A stretch of DNA of 53,827 bases, filler included, from Trypethelium eluteriae (GCA_051942245.1; 3 parts of 3 records of this genome joined end to end with filler, not necessarily neighbours in it); one strand, 5' to 3'; shown: positions 22,109 through 35,866, counted from the whole stretch's first letter. The notes: generated by a model not told the origin, from the letters alone. Made by a program: numbers and translations.

Positions 22109-25100
22109 ATGATCCAAGACCCACCACGAAGCTCGACCCCGTTGCAGCCCCGACCGAAAGCGCAGGCGACGTCAAGCAGTTCTGGCTTCGCTGCCACTGC
22201 GGCTCGATCACCGCAATCAACTCGGGCCCCCTCCCAGATTCGGCCCAAGGATACTCACAAAAATTTGACAGAGACCAAATCTGACGATGCCACCGCCAGC
22301 TTCGTCCGTCGCACCTTGTGCGGGCATCAATCACATGGCAACGCTTTGGCTGGCGGGGAGAAGGGAAGGAACACGCCCAGACCAATCGAAGAGTTGCTGC
22401 CACCCTTGACGAGCTCCAATGAGACGGACTTGCAATTATACGCATTCATTGCGATCATCATCAAAGAGTTTGTGCAATCTTGGTATGGGAAAATTACCCC
22501 GGATCATGCGTTCGTGGACGAGGTCATACAAATTATTGCCCACTGCACACGCGCCCTGGAGCAACGACTGAGGAAGATCGATCTGGAGGCTCTCATGCTG
22601 GACGAGATTCCCGAGCTCGTTGACGCTCACATTGCAGGTAAGTGACTCCGCTTCCATGTACCCTACTGTGCAGCAGTCACAAGAGTCATGATGACTGATG
22701 GAGTTGATGGTAGCGTATCGGCTGGCGCATCGTCCTCTCCATCCACCTCCACTGGCTTTAGATCCTTGTGAACTGTATCACCAGCTTCATCCGCACCCGG
22801 CGCTCTCCCCGCCACCCATTATCGATGACCCTACCACTATTGTCGAGCAGCGGGAAAATGAGGAGCAATGGCGCCAACTGCTAGCTCAGGGTGCGTTAGC
22901 TGTCATTCTGCCCACAGATGATCTGGAAAACAGTTGTCTACGGAGCCTAGTCACCGAGGTGCTCTCCGAGATGATACTAGGCAACGGCGTAGGCGGCAAG
23001 CTTTGTGAAGACTGGTTCATATGGGAGGCGATTACGAAAACGATCGAACTGATGCAATTTCGGACTACAAGCGTATCGAAAGTTGAGTTGGAAGTCAAGC
23101 CATCATCGGACACTCCGACTCGCCTTCAACAATTTGGTCTGCTAGGCAGCCGCGAAGAAGAGACCGAAGCGGACAAGTCTGGCGAGGTCGGAGGGGTCAA
23201 GAGTCAGGGCCGGGGATCTTCAATGGCGTCTTTGACGGTTCTATTTTGGACAGGCGTCCAATACACGGTGCTCACGCTCAGCGCATTGCGGGCACTGCTG
23301 GTAGCATTGGCCACGTCGTCATCACTCCCTAGTAGATCTCCGATCACGATAGCTCCTGCAACACCTTCATCATCAAGAGCGTCTCCAATTAACGACTCAT
23401 ATGCAGCCAGCCCAGGGCAACGGTCAAGCTCGAAAAGGATGAACGATGAGAGAGGCACGGTGAAGAGGCGACCGATCATTAGCATGCGGTTCTGGTCTTG
23501 CATCGGCCGCCTCCTCGAATTGGACGGCCGCATGCCGTGGCTCGCGGGCCTTCTCTCCCTCGCGCACGACGGAGTGGTCTCAGGACCGGGCAGGGTGGGT
23601 GACACGGATGGGGCATTGGACAGGTGAGTGGTCTTGTTGCGTCTCGTTGCTGTATGAGTGATATCAGAAGATTGCTGTCTGCCCATGTTCAATATTCTCG
23701 ACCGTTCCAATCAGTGGCCGCATCGTGGACCGCACATTCTCGTTGGCTGGCCGAAGTCGGCACGCGTGGCAGGCGCTTTCCGGCAGACGGGATTGATACA
23801 GCCCCCGCATGAGTTGTCAGTCACTTGACCTGGCTGGGTGGGTACTCGACCTATCATCGTCAATCCGCTCGGGAGGGGCCATGTTTCACCGTCCGTGCGC
23901 GCTTGGTCCTTATCGTCTTGCATCGTCTTGCATGATGCGCCTCGTTTTCCATGGCGTTGGGCTTGCTCCATGCTGCTAATGTCCATGCCGCCATGCCCTC
24001 CCTTGGGCTGCAAGGGCTTTCCCTGTCGGGGCCTGGTCTCGATGCATCCGCGGCAGCTCTAACCTACTTGGGTATGCCTCCGTCACCATTTCTTTGCTTT
24101 TGGCCAATCACCCAAAGTGGTCGGTCGGTAATCGCGCGAAAAAACTCGCCAATTTGGTTGCGATTGACTTCTCCTCTCGTCTTTTTTGAACGACCTTAGC
24201 AGTCGACCAGGTTACTACCAACACGATCGTCACCTTCTCGTTTCGCTTCCTACCCTTCCGTACCCTGTACGGGCCGTTGCCTGCTATTGATCCTCCATCT
24301 CACCTCATCTCAGAAAGAGAGATCGAGTCGTCAGACGGCCCGCGGCTTCTGCGGTCATCAAACCTAATTCCCGAAGCTGGACAGGCTCTCGCGACATCAT
24401 CCCCCCACGATGCGCAACTAGTCGAAGGTCAGAAGCTGAGAAAGAGAGAGAGGGGTCGAGGATTACGCGCCCCGGTCAGAGATTTGCGCCAGACCAGGGA
24501 CGAAAAGAACAGGCTTCTTGCAGCCGCAGCAGCGTTAGGCTAGCATTCCTTCCTCTGGAAGGGCTGGCCTGTACCTCGGGACTGCCCGCCCGCACCGCAC
24601 CGCATCGCGCACCGAGCACGGGAACAAGGAAAAAGCAATTCATCATGAGTTTCCCTCTCGAGCTTGCTTAGCCCTAAGCGCCTGTCCTCGAAGCGCACCC
24701 GGCCCAGCCTCGCGCCATCCCGTTCTCCGCCGACGTCTGTCAATGCTGTCACCAGTTGGGTTTTCTTTTTTTTCTCAGCCCTAGCACGTCTGGAAACCCG
24801 AAGGATCGATCGGCGACCATGGCGCAGAGGACTTCAACTGCCGGACCCTCAGACGCAAGCCTCATGTACCAGGCGTGGGACTGGTCTTCTAGTCAAACGG
24901 CACAGAAAGAGGGGAGGTACCACGACCTCCATCAAGGCCCCGAATCCAGGCGCCCAAGCTACTGCAAAGGTTGCCTGATTTTTCTTCCGTCTCGTGTCCC
25001 TTTCCGTCAAACGAATTTTGCTGATTGGCCTTCGGATCCTTTTCACCTGCAATTCCACCCGTTCCGCCCAATCGCGTGCTCGCGCGTTTCAAGGGATTCT

Positions 25101-25950
25101 TTGCGGACTGCGGAGATGCGACCTGGACGACCTGGACGGCCTAGACTGGTACAGAAATCCAGCCCTACCGATGCCTTGTCTGGTATCGCTGCATTCCCTC
25201 TATATTGCTTACCACATACATGCGCGCGCATTTGCTCGTTTCGGTATTGACGCGGTCACTTTCCGCCATCATGCTCCTCACCGCAATAACTTACCTGCCA
25301 CGGGATTGGAAATTTTTTCATGTTTACTTTTTTTCCTCTCCTTTCTCTCCCTTTTCGGATTGGTTGCCCGATATCTCTGCCTCAACCTCTTACACTTTTG
25401 GAAAAAGTTTAAATTAATTTTTTTTCTTGGTTTGATTTGCTGACGGCGTGTGTTCATCCCCCACAGGGTTCTCTCCCACCACGTTTACGCCACGCTTTTG
25501 AACCCGACCAACTTGCCTACTCTCCTGCTCGCCTTACGCACTGCGCTCTTCCCCAACAATGCGGTTCAGCCCCCGGCTCCCCGGGTACCGTCGGCAGCGG
25601 AGATTCAGGCTAATCGGCGGCGTTGCGCAACCGCGGTCGTAGACGCGATTCCACCTTTCATCCTCGTACGACTCTTCAACCCTGAAACGCGCGGGTCTCG
25701 GGGGCGAGAAGCAGGCGACGACCAGGGCCACGATGCTAATGATAGTGGTGGTGGTGGCGTCGGTGACCCCAGACGAGACGATCGGCGCAGCCGGTGGATT
25801 GCGGAGGTCGAGGAGGTGCTCGCCGTGTTTGGGAACAGCTACATGAACAAGCATCTGCTGTACGCCATCATTGATTTGATCGTCGTGCGCATCTTTCCTG
25901 AGATGGCTGAGAAAGGGGTGGAAGAGTTAATGGCAGAGCGATTGGGTTGA
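22109..25950 (+). CDS. PXA-domain protein with a C-terminal Nexin_C-like region; 3 exons, including a 1,843-nt intron (23624-25466)
   Basis: LLPPLTSSNETDLQLYAFIAIIIKEFVQSWYGKIT (PXA) and LPTDDLENSCLRSLV. GAC AG|GTGAGT...CTGAC...CCACAG|G GTT gives DR-VLSHH, in frame with the final exon (NKHLLYAIIDLIVVRIFPE). Confidence 0.8.
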
Positions 25951-28526
25951 ACTGAGTTCGAAACGAGAGAAGAGAAAAAAAAAAACTCAAAATACGGCGC
26001 ATGAGATTGTCTCTTCGCTGCATTCCTACCTGAATGCCCTCCCCATCATCGACAAAATAGCGCAGATCTTTCAATTACTCTCGTTTTCTGTTTTGAAAAT
26101 TCTCCGTGATCGTCAGGGTCGCCCTGCTACCCTTCATCCTTCTTGCCACCCCTATCCAAATCCGTGGGTAAATCTTCGGTAGACATAGCCGCCCCACCAT
26201 CCTCCCCTCGTTGTCTCTTTTACGCTTGCAGAAGACCAACATGAATCTCAAGTTGCCGCTGAGACGCCACTGAACACCCAAGTGCACCCCTATTCTCCTT
26301 ACCCCACACGTCCACTACCACCTACTGCACAATGCCATCATCAACTCCTGAGAATGAGCCCCTCCTTTCATTCAGGGGGTCTAAGGTATCTTTCGTTGAT
26401 ACAGTGGCGGCGATCGCTTAGACCTGAGACAGACATCGCGACGGGGCCCCCCGCGGAGTCATTTTCCTGTATTGTCACCAACATCCCTCCGTAAATAGAT
26501 TATTCTCCTCAATACTAAGGCTGACAGGTTCTGAGTTGGTGTGTACGGTAGCGGCGTTTTTGAATCATGTAGAAGAGTACCTGTTTTGAAAGTTTGGTGT
26601 AGTTAAGCGCCCTGACGCCACCGGTGGCGCACATCGGAAATCCTAAAGGTGGGAAATGGCGTGTGCATAGCTGCTGTCAGGTATGTACCCGTAGGCAAGG
26701 TACATCGATACATTCAGATGGTAGTGTTACGTCGATTTGGTACATGCACGGAGCGTTAGATGTCCGCTAGGTACCCAGTGGTACGTTGCCAGCTCGTCTT
26801 GGGTACAGCTGTACGTGGCCCTGGGTACATTTGGTGCCCCCTCGTGCTCGTGGTACACGCAGTGCCGCTTGCGCGTACCTGCCTAGGTACCTCGTACCCT
26901 CTCAGTCCGCAATCCGCATGCCACCTCTAATTGCGACAGCACACGGTACGGAAGCCCTTTTTCGTTGAACCTTAATTTGAAGATTATAAGGTTAAGAGTA
27001 GTGTTGTAAAGGTGGGATTATGACTCGTGGGCACGCGGCAAAGAGCCACAGCGGGTTGTCGCAACAGTTACCGACGTGCCCCGCTGTGGATCTGGCGGTG
27101 ATGGTGGAGACGGCGATGGCAGCGTGGGATGCTCCCGCGGGGACCGATTAGTCAGGGTCGCCGCTTCTGGGCGCGTACATATTACGATATAGAGACCCTG
27201 TTAGAGAGCGCGTTTGTCAAAGTGTCAGAGATGATAGCGCGTCCCCCCCCCATTCCTGCTGCAGTGTCGTCGTCAATTTGCATAGTGAGGCCACCTAGCG
27301 TCAGGGGAATTGCGCCGATGCGAAACCGGATAAACAGATAAGAGGAAGATGTATGTAGTAGGTTTCTCCGGTGCTCTGGCGGTGGGGGCGCCATTATGTC
27401 GTGCATGCGAAACCGGGTAAAACATATCTATGTGAAGAAGGCTTAGTAGTGAGGCGGGAATCACAAAGTGCTGCTGTAGTAGTTTCCTTAGGTCAGGAGA
27501 CAAGCAGGTTTAGAAAGTAGCTAGCGATTGGTAGCAGCTAACTAGTACGCTGGAAGCAAGGTACCTAGATTGCATGCCTCGGAAGATGATTGATGATAAG
27601 CTGGACGATTGGCCGAAAGACGTGCGCGACATGAATTACTGGTGATTTTTGTGTGTTCACGTAAATACATACGGCTCGATACGCAAGAAGTGTAAGTCTG
27701 TAATACGTTACTCAATCGGAGGAATGAAGCCAATTAGAGCTCTGACATGAAGATGAGATGGCAAAAATCAATAGGAGTGGCATGCGCCGTAGCCGGATAT
27801 CATGTGAAAAGCAAAGGGCCCGCGTGAGCGGTAACAACTGTCTTTTCCTGTTCAGGTGGGTATTCGGTAAGTAGTAGGTAGTCGAGTCTCTGATCCTTTC
27901 CCTTTCCCATGTCCACCCTATGTGCGAATGTGAAAACCAAGTGAGACGATAAGAATCGCGTGATTGCAGAAAGGGTATTGCAGCGCCTCAAAGTAGCGGC
28001 ACGGCCAAAAACTATGATCGCTAGTGAGACCAAGGCATGCGGAAAAATTAGCATGCGGTTTTGAAATTTGGAAATGCACATTTCCAAAGGGTCGCGCATT
28101 CTCTGTGTTGATGCCCATGATAGACTTCGTTCAAGGTTGTTGTGCTGTGGGTCGCGGCTTCCCTTCCTGATCGAGAACTAATAGGCCGAGCAACCCTGAC
28201 GACTCTGATCCCCCCAATTCCCTTCCCAACCCTAAGATAACCCCCGCAAAGAACGATGGGGTGTTATGGCGGAAAATTGACCGAGAGATGGAAATTGCAT
28301 GCAACGTCGAAAAGAAAAGAAAGAAGCTCAATCGCGAAACAAAACTACCGAAATGCTCCGGCCGCGAGGCGAACGGGTATCGAGTACCTTCGTACCGGGC
28401 TAAAGTGCCCCCAAACAGCGCCCGGCCAAGTTGCCGCGTAACCGACTCCATGCCATTGTCGGGGGCCTAAAGCTTAATGGCCTGGCCAATTCGTGCATGC
28501 CTGTTTTTCATGCCTGCGTATTATTC

Positions 28527-30332
28527 TCATGCCTGTCTTGTAATGAACTCCCGCTCAGGTATACGATGCAAGCCCCCTGGCAGTTCCTGCACCGGTGGTG
28601 TGCGATGCACTCGCAGCTTTTCCATCAACTTGCCAATGGTCACAAATTCCTGAGGCTCTACGAATCCACTCGGCTGATGCTGGAAGAAATCCATGACTAG
28701 CTCCAGGGCCCTTCGCGCATCATCTTGCGTAGGGGAAGCAGAGCCTGGGCTTGCCGATCCGGGCGTACCACCAATAGATGAGTGGTGAGACGATGTGGAC
28801 AGCTGCGGTGGTGGCGGTGGTTGCATGGAACGGTCGCTGCTCCCAGCTCGTGGCTGCATAGGGGGTGGCATGCTGTGATCGATGCTGAGCGTAGGAGGCA
28901 TTTCCGAGATTGGAGATTCCAGGGCACTTGATTCCAACGCAGTCGAATTAAGGTATTTCGGCGTGAGAGCTTCACTCGAGGTCGGAGGCGAAACGTACGG
29001 TTCCACACCCAAAGTAGGGAACGTCTGGCGTCGTGGTCGTTGTGTATTATTGCTATTCGATGAAACTTGAGCCTGGGTCTCGTTGGACTGCTGGGTGATG
29101 AACTGATTTGGTGCAAACATTGAATCTGGGGTGAAGAACGGTGAAGTTGGGCTGGTGGGTCCTGCAGAAAACGACGAAGGGGCGGTATCTGTAAACACGC
29201 TCGATAATGAATTATTGCTTTGTGAATGAAACGGTCGGTGCGCTGAAGTCAATTCTCCGAAGCTATCCGGGCTTTCAGGCTTGATGCCTTCGTCGCTTCT
29301 CGTGGCTGACATTGAGATGGGGGATGGTGAAGCGAGCCCGCTTGCAGACACTGGTGAGATACCGTTCGGAGTTCCAGAATTGGAGGCTGGATTAGAAGCT
29401 TCTCCAGCTTCTTCTGCTGCTAAGGAGCTCTTTCTCGAACGGGCGCCCATAAGATTGTTCTTCTGCTTGAATTTTTCCAGCCAACTGTTGCTGTTGAGCT
29501 TCAGATGACTCTCAGAATTGCCAACGGTAGTCGCGAAAAATCGGGCCTTTTCTCTAATGATAGAATCTGAGAGTGGGAGACCTTGTCGTTGGTGGTTTCG
29601 TGCCCAATTAGACAATGCTCGTTCAATGTCAGGAAATTTACCCTTTGATCTTTTGATGGGCGATCGTCCGCCATCATCCTGAAAAAGGTACTTCTCCTTG
29701 TTGCGCAAGACTTTGGAGACAGTACTGAAGAACAGTCAATACTAGCATTCTCGCACCAGCTGCAGGGCATGCTCACCTTCGTTCAACCCCAAACAAAGCT
29801 GAGCAAAGAGTCAGATATTTGCGTTTCACGATTGGGAATCAGATAGCTCACCTCCGATCTCCGTCTGCTTGGTCGTTGGGTTCTCCTCGTGGTACAAGCA
29901 CATGCGTCGCCTGTCTGCATCCGTGAGGGTTTTCCGAGGGGTCGAGCCAGTTTGGGATGGTCTTCTCGAATTTGGGGGAGGCACAGATGCTGGGGCCGAT
30001 GCTGGGGCAGATAAGGACGTACTCGCGGAAAGAGGCGTACTTGAAGCTGAGGCCGTGGGAAGGAGGGGCTGCTGGTAAGTCGACTGGCTTGTCAACATAC
30101 TTGGCCACTGAGGCATGACAAGCGGTTGGAGCTGATGGTGTGTCGTCCGTGGGGGAGGCATGCCGTTGGTGAAGGTGGGTTCCATCGGAACCTGCGGCGA
30201 GGAAAAAGCGAATCCAGCATATTCGTGAGCGGGTGATTGGTGATGCGAATGAGGGTACGTGTGATTATCTACCCATTGATGGGGAGTGTCGTGAAAAGCA
30301 GTAGCATTTCCATAATGATGGCCGTGCTCCAT
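28527..30332 (-). CDS. CENP-B/Pdc2-like HTH DNA-binding protein (domesticated pogo-type HTH pair, no DDE domain); 3 exons with a 22-nt micro-exon (29778-29799)
   Basis: RKTLTDADRRRMC...KQTEIGA|LFGVER|STVSKVLR (CENP-B N-terminal HTH), KFPDIERALSNW...IIREKARFFA...WLEKFKQKN (Tc5 HTH), and an S/P-rich tail. Confidence 0.88.
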
Positions 30333-31427
30333 GCCAGATCAATAGTAACAGAGAAAGTGGATGCAGCAAAACCTCGCCTATCTCAACGGCTATGCGAGGA
30401 AGGTAGACTTGCGCAGCGTAGTTATTGTAGCTCTGATCGGATGTAAGAGGGTGCTGCCGAGCTTTTGGCCCTGTAATTATTCCTAGTCAGAAATCCGGGT
30501 TAAAGAAAACTAGGGTACGGTCGTATGCATGCAGGAGGCATGGGACCCCTCGTTCCAGGAGCGCGGGAGAGGAGGGCAAGTGCAGAGCAAAGCAAAACGA
30601 AGCGAGCTTGTGTGACGCAGCATCCAGGTGGCACAGCAATATAATGGCGGATCCAGAATGCTGCAAGAGAAGGTAATAAAATGTGGAGAAGGGAATGCTT
30701 TTTGTTAGGTCCGAGAGATGCGCATGCCAAATAACGGTACGGGAGGACGGACGGGGTCGGTAAGTAGCGACTTTTCCTTCACCCTCTAGGTACTTTCGAC
30801 CGGCGGGACGAGAATGTATATCCCAGCAGTTGGCTATCGGATTGGGGTAGGTGAAAACGGCCCCGCTAGAGGGAGCCGTAAAGGGATTCGTAGGGGAGCC
30901 CAGTAATACAGGTAAGCCATGTCGCTGAGGGCTCCATGGTGCCGATCCCTAGCCAGGGCCACTGGTACAAGCGCTGGGCTCTTGAGGATCTCCGAGTTTG
31001 ACGATGGCCTGGAGGTTCGCGCGCTCCAAGAGCCCTAGGCCGGCGAGGCTTGCTGCTGACGTCCAGCGTCCAGAAGCAGGCCGGCTCCAGGGCTGGTGCA
31101 GTGAGAGCGGCGGTAGGCGGGAGTTGCGTTGAGTGGACCGATCGTCGACTAGCGGTTTTGAGAGGAGCAAGGCCTCTGCCGAGTCTAGCAACGCGGCCTA
31201 GGAATCCCATTTGCTCTGATCAGACCGACATGGAGGCCTCGTAGGGGGAGGAAGAAAACGACGGGGGCCGGCCAATGGCGACTTGCATCATCGTTTCTCC
31301 ACGCCGATTGCTCAAGAAAAGGTGCCATGTGCCCATGATGTCCAGGCTCGCTTGTGGCGGCGCTGGCTGCGATGCGACGGCGCAAAATACACAGGACGAG
31401 TATCTGCCAGGAACGCGGTGGTGACAC

Positions 31428-31506
31428 AGGACCACAGGACCACAGGATCACCAGTACCTGACCACCAGTAACCACCAGCACGACCAGGACAACCAGCACG
31501 ACCAGG
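31428..31506. repeat. Degenerate 8-9-bp tandem repeat (ACCAGSAC/ACCACAGG) upstream of the CENP-B-like gene
   Basis: accacagg accacagg atcaccagta...accagcacg accaggaca accagcacg accagg. Confidence 0.55.
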
Positions 31507-32569
31507 GCCGTCAGGATTGCCGACGAGGAGCGAAAGAGCGGAATGGACGCGCCTCCAGAGCCATGGCATCCCATTCGGCCGACTTCCTGAAACATACGAC
31601 GATCGCCGCGCTCAGTTTCCATACGAAGCCTTGCGTGGTCGGGGATAAAGTCGGGCAGCTCACGCTTAGCTATCCGCGGCGCCAATGATAGCAAAATAGC
31701 AAATCTACCGAGGCGCGCACCAGTGAAGGGAGGGCAGATGAGAGCAGCTCAAAGTTAAGGGCTTAGGAGGTTAAGGCCAGTGAGGCCCTGCCGTGCTGGT
31801 CCGTGCTCGGCGATAGTGCGCAAGTGCCTCATCCCGGCCCAAAATTGCGACCGCGAGCCAATCAAGGCCGGCACATGGCCATGCAATTCCGAATTGGTGG
31901 GCAATTCCACCACCTCTTTTTACTACTCCTCCACTCCCTCCGCCAGATCTGGCGGCGTGCAGCGTTGTGAGAGACTCTACGAAATATTCCATCGTCTAGC
32001 GCGCTTGCACTTGCTCTACGCAGGCACCCGCAGCAGCAAAAGGGAGTCGTGACGCGCTGAATGAACAATCACAATTGACAGTATTGGTCGATCTGCCGGG
32101 GGTAGTTAAGTGGTGCAGCCTCTTGGTGCTCTTGCGATTGACATGCCCTAATTCCCCCTTCAAAAGCACCGTCTGAAACCACAAGACCCACACCGCCGTA
32201 TCCGGGGCGGGAGCGACCCAAATTGTCAGCGTTCCTGGTGCTCCTTGCCATTCTGAGACGAGCGTCTTTCATCCCCTAGGGTTCGGCACAACATCGAAAG
32301 TCACCACCTTAGCTCTTGGGGCAGCGCCGGCAGGCTGCGAGCACGCATGCATGAACCCGCTGAGATCTTGAGACCAGCACTACTAGCACTACCAGCAAGC
32401 TCCGCGAACGAGATCTCAAAAGATGGGCTGACGAAGTCCCTGGAGCTAGCTGAGCATCGACAGACTGTAGTCTCGACTGTGCCACCATGGTGACCATGCT
32501 TCCTTCCGTGACAGATCTAAAATCACGGATTCGACTCTGATCTCAAGAATGCCATTGCCGCTCCGGAAC

Positions 32570-33902
32570 CTATCGTTTTATGATTGTGACTGGTTCATGA
32601 GTCAGAATTGACCAATAGATACGTAACTTATGGATTCTCGGGAAAGAAGCGAACGACTCACTAATGTCTTCGTCGGCCAGTTCATGGGACAGGCCGACCT
32701 TTTGGGGCTGGTGCTTGACAGACTTTCCATAGACAATCGCCGTCCTAAACTGTTCCACAATTGTCTTATGGATGGCGTTGCACTAACAACCGTTAGCCGA
32801 GGCCACCAACATAGTTCCAGAGCGGCTTACGAAATCTTCCACCGTGCAAGCCGTAGCTCGCAGGACAACTGGCTCCGAGTAGTCGGGTAGTTTTCCCTTT
32901 GGTTTGGTATACACTCTCCGTAAATTAAGCTTATCCCACATCTGTTCCATGAGCTCGTCGACGTTCCAGCCATGCTCGGAACTAATTGGACACGCGTGTG
33001 GGATCCGATACAAAATATCCAGCTCCTCAATGGAAATTGCATCAATCTTGTTTAGCGCATATATGACTGGAATATAGCTTCTATTTTTGGCCTCTATCAC
33101 ATCAATGAGGTCGTCGACGGTCGCATCGCAGCGGATCGCAATATCAGCCGAGGCAATACGATATTCATTCATCACAGCTTTGATCTCCTGGGTGATCATA
33201 AGTATACGTTGACGCCGCTACCCATGGTGAAACTTACATCGTGATCGATATGGGTCAGATTCGCCGTACTCGTGATGCTTATCCCACCTTTGTCTTTCTT
33301 GGTGATCTTGATGTTCGGTGGCTCCTTGTTGATGCGGATGCCGAATCCCTCCAATTCAGTCTCAATGACTCGTTTATCCGTGAGTGCCTTGTTGACATCC
33401 AGCACAATGAAAATCAGATGGCATGTCTTGGCCACAGCAATGACCTGTCTTCCTCGACCTTTACCATCCTTAGCACCTTGGATAATTCCCGGAAGATCTA
33501 GCATCTGTATCTTGGCTCCATTATAGACGACTTGACCAGGTACAGTCGTCAGGGTTGTAAACTCGTATGCTGCCGCTTCTGAATGTTGCCCGGTTAATCT
33601 GCTCATCAGGGTACTTTTCCCAACAGACGGAAATCCAATGAAGCCAACGCTAGCAACTCCAGTTCTTGCAACATCGAATCCAGCCCCACCCCCGCCACCG
33701 CTCGACGAGGGGGTGAGGAGCTCGCGCTTGAGCTTTGCGAGCTTGGCCTTTAATTGACCCAGGTGGAACGAGGTGGCCTTGTTTTTCTGTGTCCTGGCCA
33801 TTTCCGATTCAATCTCTTTGATCTGGTGGGGTTGACGGAGTTAGCCATTGTGCTATTTCACGCAGAATACGTGCCACGTACCTTGTCTACGGTAGTCGCC
33901 AT
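32570..33902 (-). CDS. RBG1: DRG-family ribosome-binding GTPase (Rbg1/DRG1), 5 exons
   Basis: [39 protein letters not shown]1 [25 protein letters not shown], and a TGS domain ([14 protein letters not shown]). Confidence 0.95.
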
Positions 33903-34382
33903 GGTGAGTCCGATGCCTGCTAGTGGATATGAGGTTTTGGGTTTAAATTCCGGTCGGTCGACGGGTCACAAATTTCTGATGTTGAAGTAAGACGAGGATG
34001 AGAAAAAGTGGCGCCAAGGTTAGTGGTGGGGGTTGCGGTTCGTGGGGCTCTTCGGAATGTGGCCGTGCGGCTCCAACAGCCTGGAAACTGGAAAGTGGAA
34101 ACTGCACCCGAGTTTGCGGTTTAATACATCACACTCCACTTTTTGGAAAGGGCGATAGCGAATCGCAACACCTGTCCAGCAATGCGCTGCAATGGCTGTA
34201 ACAAAGGCAAGTGAGTTCTGTGTACCTGCTTCTGTTGGGAGCTCGATCTTGGAAGTGCACACTTTTACTGCTCACATCTTCCCGTGTTCACCATTTTGTC
34301 CTTGATTAATCGCTTCTTCATGTACTTGAAATTCTATTCATTTTCCTTTGGTTCTCAAGCCCATTGCCATTCCTAGATTTCC

Positions 34383-35088
34383 ATGATGAGCTCTAGCAAG
34401 GATTCCTGTACAGCCGCTCAAGGCCAACCTCCTACTCTTGCGCCCTTCCAACGTCTTCTGGCAGATCTCCGGGACGTACTAGGCCCGACGTCAGGCATTG
34501 ATTCTGAAGAAGTCGACGAGGTAAAGCTCCAGGAGCTCATGAGAAATTACAAATCATGTGAAGCCGATTGGGAGCAATTTGCATTGGCGGATAGCGCATC
34601 CAACTATACCCGAAACCTGGTCGATCAAGGCAATGGCAAGAGTAATATCCTCATTCTTGTCTGGAATCCTTCAAAAGGAAGTCCGATACATGACCATGCC
34701 AATGCCCACTGCATTATGAAAGTCCTCAAAGGCTCACTGAAGGAGACTCGATACAAATGGCCCGATCATAGCAATCCTGGACCGCCAGAAGTGACCCACG
34801 AGCAAACGTTTGGTCAAGAAGAAGTCACGTACATGTCTGATAAACTCGGTTTACATACAATCTCAAACCCGGATCCTAGCAACCTTGCCGTATCTCTGCA
34901 CTGTAAGTTTGGATTGGTTAGGACTAGCAGGAGAGAATTAATCTGGGTACACAGTATATACACCTCCGAATGCCGCCAATTTCGGATTTTGTATCTACAG
35001 TCGCGAGTCAGGCAAGGCTACTCTGATTAAGCAAGGCCAAAACTACTCGGAATTTGGCAAGAGAGTGAAGACTGCTGCATCTTTGTGA
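34383..35088 (+). CDS. CDO1: Cysteine dioxygenase, 2 exons
   Basis: [39 protein letters not shown] and AVSLH|LYTPP. Confidence 0.95.
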
Positions 35089-35400
35089 GCAATGCCCCTG
35101 GTGACTTTCAAGATAGTTGCTAGTCTAGGTTCCAGAAACAACATGCCTATCATCAGATTGTACCACTTTCTATCTCATTGCCGTACGTAAAGCTATAATT
35201 CATCCTTCAAATTCATGAACTCGATCGACATACAACTCCAAACATTGATGACCGGAATACATCTTGCGAAGATAGGTATATTCGCTTAGGATGATAAGCG
35301 TCCCATTCTCGAAATCATATCAATCCATTACCTTTCCACCGCTCATGGTAGAATTCAATCCGAACGGGTGTTATGAACGAACATAATAAACACCAATGTC

Positions 35401-35866
35401 TCACAATCCAAACTCTTCTGCATGAAAGAAAACTTGCATACCGTGTCTGGCTCGCTGCCGCACCTGGGCGCGAACGGAGCGGCCCATAGCTGGTGGTCCA
35501 CAGACCAGGACCGCCATGACCTCTCCATTCCCTCCCGCAAATAGTTCATCAAGACACTCTACGAGACGTTCCCTACCTCTTGCGGCTTGGATGTTGCCAC
35601 TTTTCCGTGCATCGCCTCCGTTGTCATCATCGACCGAATCCTCATCCAACAAACCCTCTCGTTCCGCGAGCTCAATGTCTTCCTCGGCACCAGAGTCAAC
35701 ATTATCCTGCTTTCTCCCTCCGACAACCCGTTTCCCGTTCACCATTGCACCCGTAGCAGTCCTCCCTCCCGTCACCACAATCTCCATATCACGCCTCCAC
35801 GCTTCCCTCTCCTCTTCCTCCTTCGGAACCGCCCACTCCGCATCCGCCTCCCCCCTCACAAACCAC
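35401..35866 (-). CDS. Ferric reductase-like NAD(P)H-binding C-terminus (rest lost in the gap)
   Basis: WFVR...VMAVLVCGPPAMGRSVR...VFFHAEEFGL*, the typical FRE/NOX C-terminal motifs. Confidence 0.75.

Noticed and set aside
28227..28236. CAACCCTAA as a telomerase RNA template (POT1 is in the window)
   Set aside because: It is an imperfect single match, no pseudoknot or CR4/5 region is recognisable, and the transcript would run antisense into the CENP-B-like gene.
30500..32500. Numerous short overlapping ORFs in GC-rich DNA
   Set aside because: No motifs and no consistent strand; expected by chance in promoter or UTR sequence.
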